Source of the DNA: Candidatus Marinacidobacterales bacterium
GTDB taxonomy: Bacteria; Acidobacteriota; Vicinamibacteria; Marinacidobacterales; DATDRI01
Assembly (NCBI GenBank): GCA_965219415.1
Contig: CBDCNP010000002.1
Coordinates: 2,144,001-2,208,000 of the forward strand
DNA: 64,000 nucleotides
Reading direction: 5' to 3'
Below, piece by piece: positions 60,149 through 64,000 of the stretch. A program made the position numbers and the translations under genes. Every line of letters starts with the position of its first letter. Within the stretch, counting starts at the first letter, position 1. The notes under the pieces are model-generated. The model was not told where the DNA came from and searched no databases. It saw only the letters and a program-made list of their open reading frames with translations.

Positions 60149-61092
60149 GGTGGCTCCGCCCAGGGGCAGTGGCGATCGCGGTGGTGACGCTCTCCATGCT
60201 TCCATTCGCCCTGAGGGGACGTCCCTACCTCCTTCACCTCGTTATCCTCTGCTTGCTCTACGTTTGCTTCGCGAGCGCTTGGAATATCGTCGGCGGTTTT
60301 ATCGGACAAATCTCGTTTGGCCACGCCGCTTTCGTCGGCATCGGCGCCTATACGACTGCCCTGCTGTGGCTGCGGCTCGACGTGCACCCCATTTTCACGA
60401 TGCCGGTCGCGGGGTTGCTCGCCGCTGCCTATGGATGGCTCTGGGGCTGGCCGTGCTTGCGTCTCACGGGCCCGTACTTTGCGATCGCGACCATCGGCGT
60501 CGGTGAGGCGACGCGATTGGTGATGAACAATCTCGAAGTGACCGGCGGCTCTTCCGGGCTCACCCTGCCGACCCCTGAGTCCTACAGCCGGCTCCCGGAC
60601 TACTACCTAGTAGTCTGCTTGGCGGCGATAACAGTGGGGACGTCCCTATGGATCGCTCACTCTCGATTCGGGTTGGGACTCCGCGCGATTCGCGACGACC
60701 GCGACGTGGCCGAATCGCTGGGAGTTCCCACCGCCCGCTACCAACTCTATGCCCTCTCCATCTCTAGCTTTCTCGCCGGAATGGCCGGTAGCTTCTATGC
60801 TCAATACATCTTTTTCGTCGTACCGGAAGAAGTCTTCGGTTTCGATCTCTCGATCAGCATGATCCTGATGGCGCTCATCGGCGGTTTGGGAACGATCCTT
60901 GGACCGGTGGCAGGCGCGGTTTTGTTCTTGCTCCTCGAGCAACTCGTACTAATCAGCTTTCCGAATCTTCACCTCGGAACCTTCGGGTTATTGCTCATTG
61001 CGATCGTTCTCTTCGAGCCGCACGGAGTGGGGGGTGTCTTGCGGCGTGTACGCGACCGCGTGTTTAGGGAGTCCGCACGTGACGCTTCTTGA
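60145..61092 (+). CDS. livM: Branched-chain amino acid ABC permease
   Basis: GQISFGHAAF, GPYFAIAT, GGLGTILGP. Confidence 0.88.
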   Translation: MRWLRPGAVAIAVVTLSMLPFALRGRPYLLHLVILCLLYVCFASAWNIVGGFIGQISFGHAAFVGIGAYTTALLWLRLDVHPIFTMPVAGLLAAAYGWLWGWPCLRLTGPYFAIATIGVGEATRLVMNNLEVTGGSSGLTLPTPESYSRLPDYYLVVCLAAITVGTSLWIAHSRFGLGLRAIRDDRDVAESLGVPTARYQLYALSISSFLAGMAGSFYAQYIFFVVPEEVFGFDLSISMILMALIGGLGTILGPVAGAVLFLLLEQLVLISFPNLHLGTFGLLLIAIVLFEPHGVGGVLRRVRDRVFRESARDAS

Positions 61093-61822
61093 GGTTCGAG
61101 GATTGAGTCGCCGCTTTGGCGGCTTGATGGCCGTCAGCGGCTTGGACCTTCGGGTAGAGCAGGGCGAGATCTTAGGTCTCATTGGTCCCAACGGGGCCGG
61201 AAAGACAACCGTGTTCAGCATGCTGAGCGGGGGGCTTCAGCCGACCGGGGGCGACATTCACTTCAAAGGAAGGCGACTCGATGGTCTCCCGCCTCACCAA
61301 GTGGCGGAGCGGGGACTCGTTCGCACCCATCAACTCGCGAGACCCTTCGCAAATTTGAGCGTTCTGGGGAACGTTTTGGTCGGAGCCTCGTTCGGACATC
61401 GAGAGCGTCCCTTGCACGACGCCCGCAGCCCCCGGCGGGACGCCATGCGCGTTCTGGAGATGACTGACCTCCTCAGCAAGGCCGATCAACCGGCCAGCGC
61501 GTTGACGCTTCCAGACCGAAAGCGTCTCGAGATCGCCCGAGCTCTGGCTACTCGTCCGGAGCTCCTTCTTTTGGACGAAATGGCGGCGGGATTGACTCCT
61601 TCCGAGCTCGCGAAAGCGATCACGTTGCTACGCTCGATCCGCGAGCAGGGTACCAGCCTTGTCTTCACCGAGCATGTGATCAAGGCGGTCATGGATCTCT
61701 CGGATCGCATCGTGGTGCTCGACCATGGGGAGAAGATCGCCGAAGGAGCGCCCGAAGCGATCGTTCAGAATCCCCGCGTCGTAGAGGCTTACCTCGGGAG
61801 TCGGGACAGAAAGGTCACTTAG
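61079..61822 (+). CDS. livG: ABC ATPase
   Basis: GPNGAGKTT, LLLLDE, VVEAYLG. Confidence 0.9.
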   Translation: MTLLEVRGLSRRFGGLMAVSGLDLRVEQGEILGLIGPNGAGKTTVFSMLSGGLQPTGGDIHFKGRRLDGLPPHQVAERGLVRTHQLARPFANLSVLGNVLVGASFGHRERPLHDARSPRRDAMRVLEMTDLLSKADQPASALTLPDRKRLEIARALATRPELLLLDEMAAGLTPSELAKAITLLRSIREQGTSLVFTEHVIKAVMDLSDRIVVLDHGEKIAEGAPEAIVQNPRVVEAYLGSRDRKVT

Positions 61823-61823
61823 G

Positions 61824-62543
61824 TTGACCGAGACCACCAGGATGCTAAGGGTCGACAACGTTTCGGTGTCCTACGGTGACGTGCCGGCGCTAACCGGCGT
61901 CTCACTCGAAGTGGGCGAAGGCGAAGTGGTGAGCCTCATCGGAGCCAACGGCGCGGGCAAGACGACGCTCCTCGAAACCCTCGCCGGGCTGAACCATCCA
62001 CGGAACGGTTCCATTCGGCTTCACGGGGAAAACCTTATCCTCCCTCCTCACCAAATAGTCGAGCGCGGAGTGGCCCTGGTGCCGGAGGGGCGGCGCTTGT
62101 GGCCACGAATGACGGTTCGAGAGAATTTGGAGCTCGGCACATATTCGGCCAGAGCGCGTCCTCATCGTCGAGAAAGCGCCGAATGGATCCTGGAACTATT
62201 TCCGCGCCTCCGAGAGAGACAACGCCAGGTCGCGGGAACTCTCTCGGGGGGTGAGCAGCAAATGGCAGCGATAGCCCGCGCTCTCATGTCACGTCCGCGG
62301 CTGCTCCTACTGGACGAGCCGTCCCTCGGGCTGGCACCACGCGTCGTTCAAGAAGTCTTCGAGGTGGTTGAGAAAATCAGCAAACAGAGCGTCACCATTC
62401 TGCTCGTCGAGCAGAACCTCCACCAAGCCTTGGCCATTTCCAAACGCGGCTACGTGTTGGAAACGGGACGGATCGTGAGAGAAGGACGGAGCGCCGATCT
62501 CGCTGCGGACGAGTCGATTCGATCCGCCTACCTCGGCCTATAG
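61824..62543 (+). CDS. livF: ABC ATPase
   Basis: GANGAGKTT, LSGGEQQM, DEPSLGLAP, AYLG. Confidence 0.9.
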   Translation: MTETTRMLRVDNVSVSYGDVPALTGVSLEVGEGEVVSLIGANGAGKTTLLETLAGLNHPRNGSIRLHGENLILPPHQIVERGVALVPEGRRLWPRMTVRENLELGTYSARARPHRRESAEWILELFPRLRERQRQVAGTLSGGEQQMAAIARALMSRPRLLLLDEPSLGLAPRVVQEVFEVVEKISKQSVTILLVEQNLHQALAISKRGYVLETGRIVREGRSADLAADESIRSAYLGL

Positions 62544-62606
62544 ACTCTTAGGTTGTGATGGACGCCAAACCGTCGAGTTGCCGCTATCAGCCGAGCCAGG
62601 CGTCTC

Positions 62607-62776
62607 TTAGGACTGGATCCAATCCGTCAGGTAGACGTACTGGCCTTCATCAGGCGTACGGAGTCGAATCCATGATGACTCTGAGGCGTGAACTCGTAGG
62701 TGACGCCCAGAACGTTATCAGAATAGGTCAGGTTCTCGAGTGCGTAGATCAACCTAATCCGAGTCAAGTCCTCGCC
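62607..62776 (-). pseudogene. 3' remnant of a Liv-type substrate-binding protein truncated by IS3
   Basis: Minus strand reads GEDLTRIRLIYALENL...YEFTPQSHHGFDSVRLMK|GQYVYLTDWIQS*, abutting the IS3 end. Confidence 0.5.

Positions 62777-64000
<1,224 letters not shown>

Overview
GC-rich bacterial chromosomal window, probably Acidobacteriota (Vicinamibacteria-like; inferred from an ADOP-type permease plus VPS10-like, CRTAC1/ASPIC-UnbV and DUF885 proteins). It holds housekeeping blocks (yebC-ruvC-ruvA-[membrane MutS-like]-ruvB-queA-gmhA, a liv-type ABC transporter, an atuA/liu-type acyl-CoA carboxylase operon), two envelope glycosylation/isoprenoid clusters, catabolic orphans (dch, an iodotyrosine deiodinase homologue) and three damaged IS elements (IS256, ISL3, IS3). 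The main hidden feature is a probable selenoprotein gene that the ORF track splits in three. It runs 937..3748 with an in-frame UGA at the redox position of a thioredoxin-like fold and an E. coli fdhF-type SECIS hairpin just downstream. An IS256 copy with a perfect 8-bp target duplication interrupts it; removing the IS restores one 476-codon frame (CxxC domain + Sec-Trx + TPR). Other points: a DAHP synthase-prephenate dehydratase fusion behind a Phe-containing leader peptide, a five-copy 44-bp intergenic repeat, a secreted kinase-fold protein near an Asp/Ser-rich lipoprotein, and a CTG start for queA. Several single-base frameshifts may be assembly errors. All calls rest on visual motif recognition; no database searches were run.
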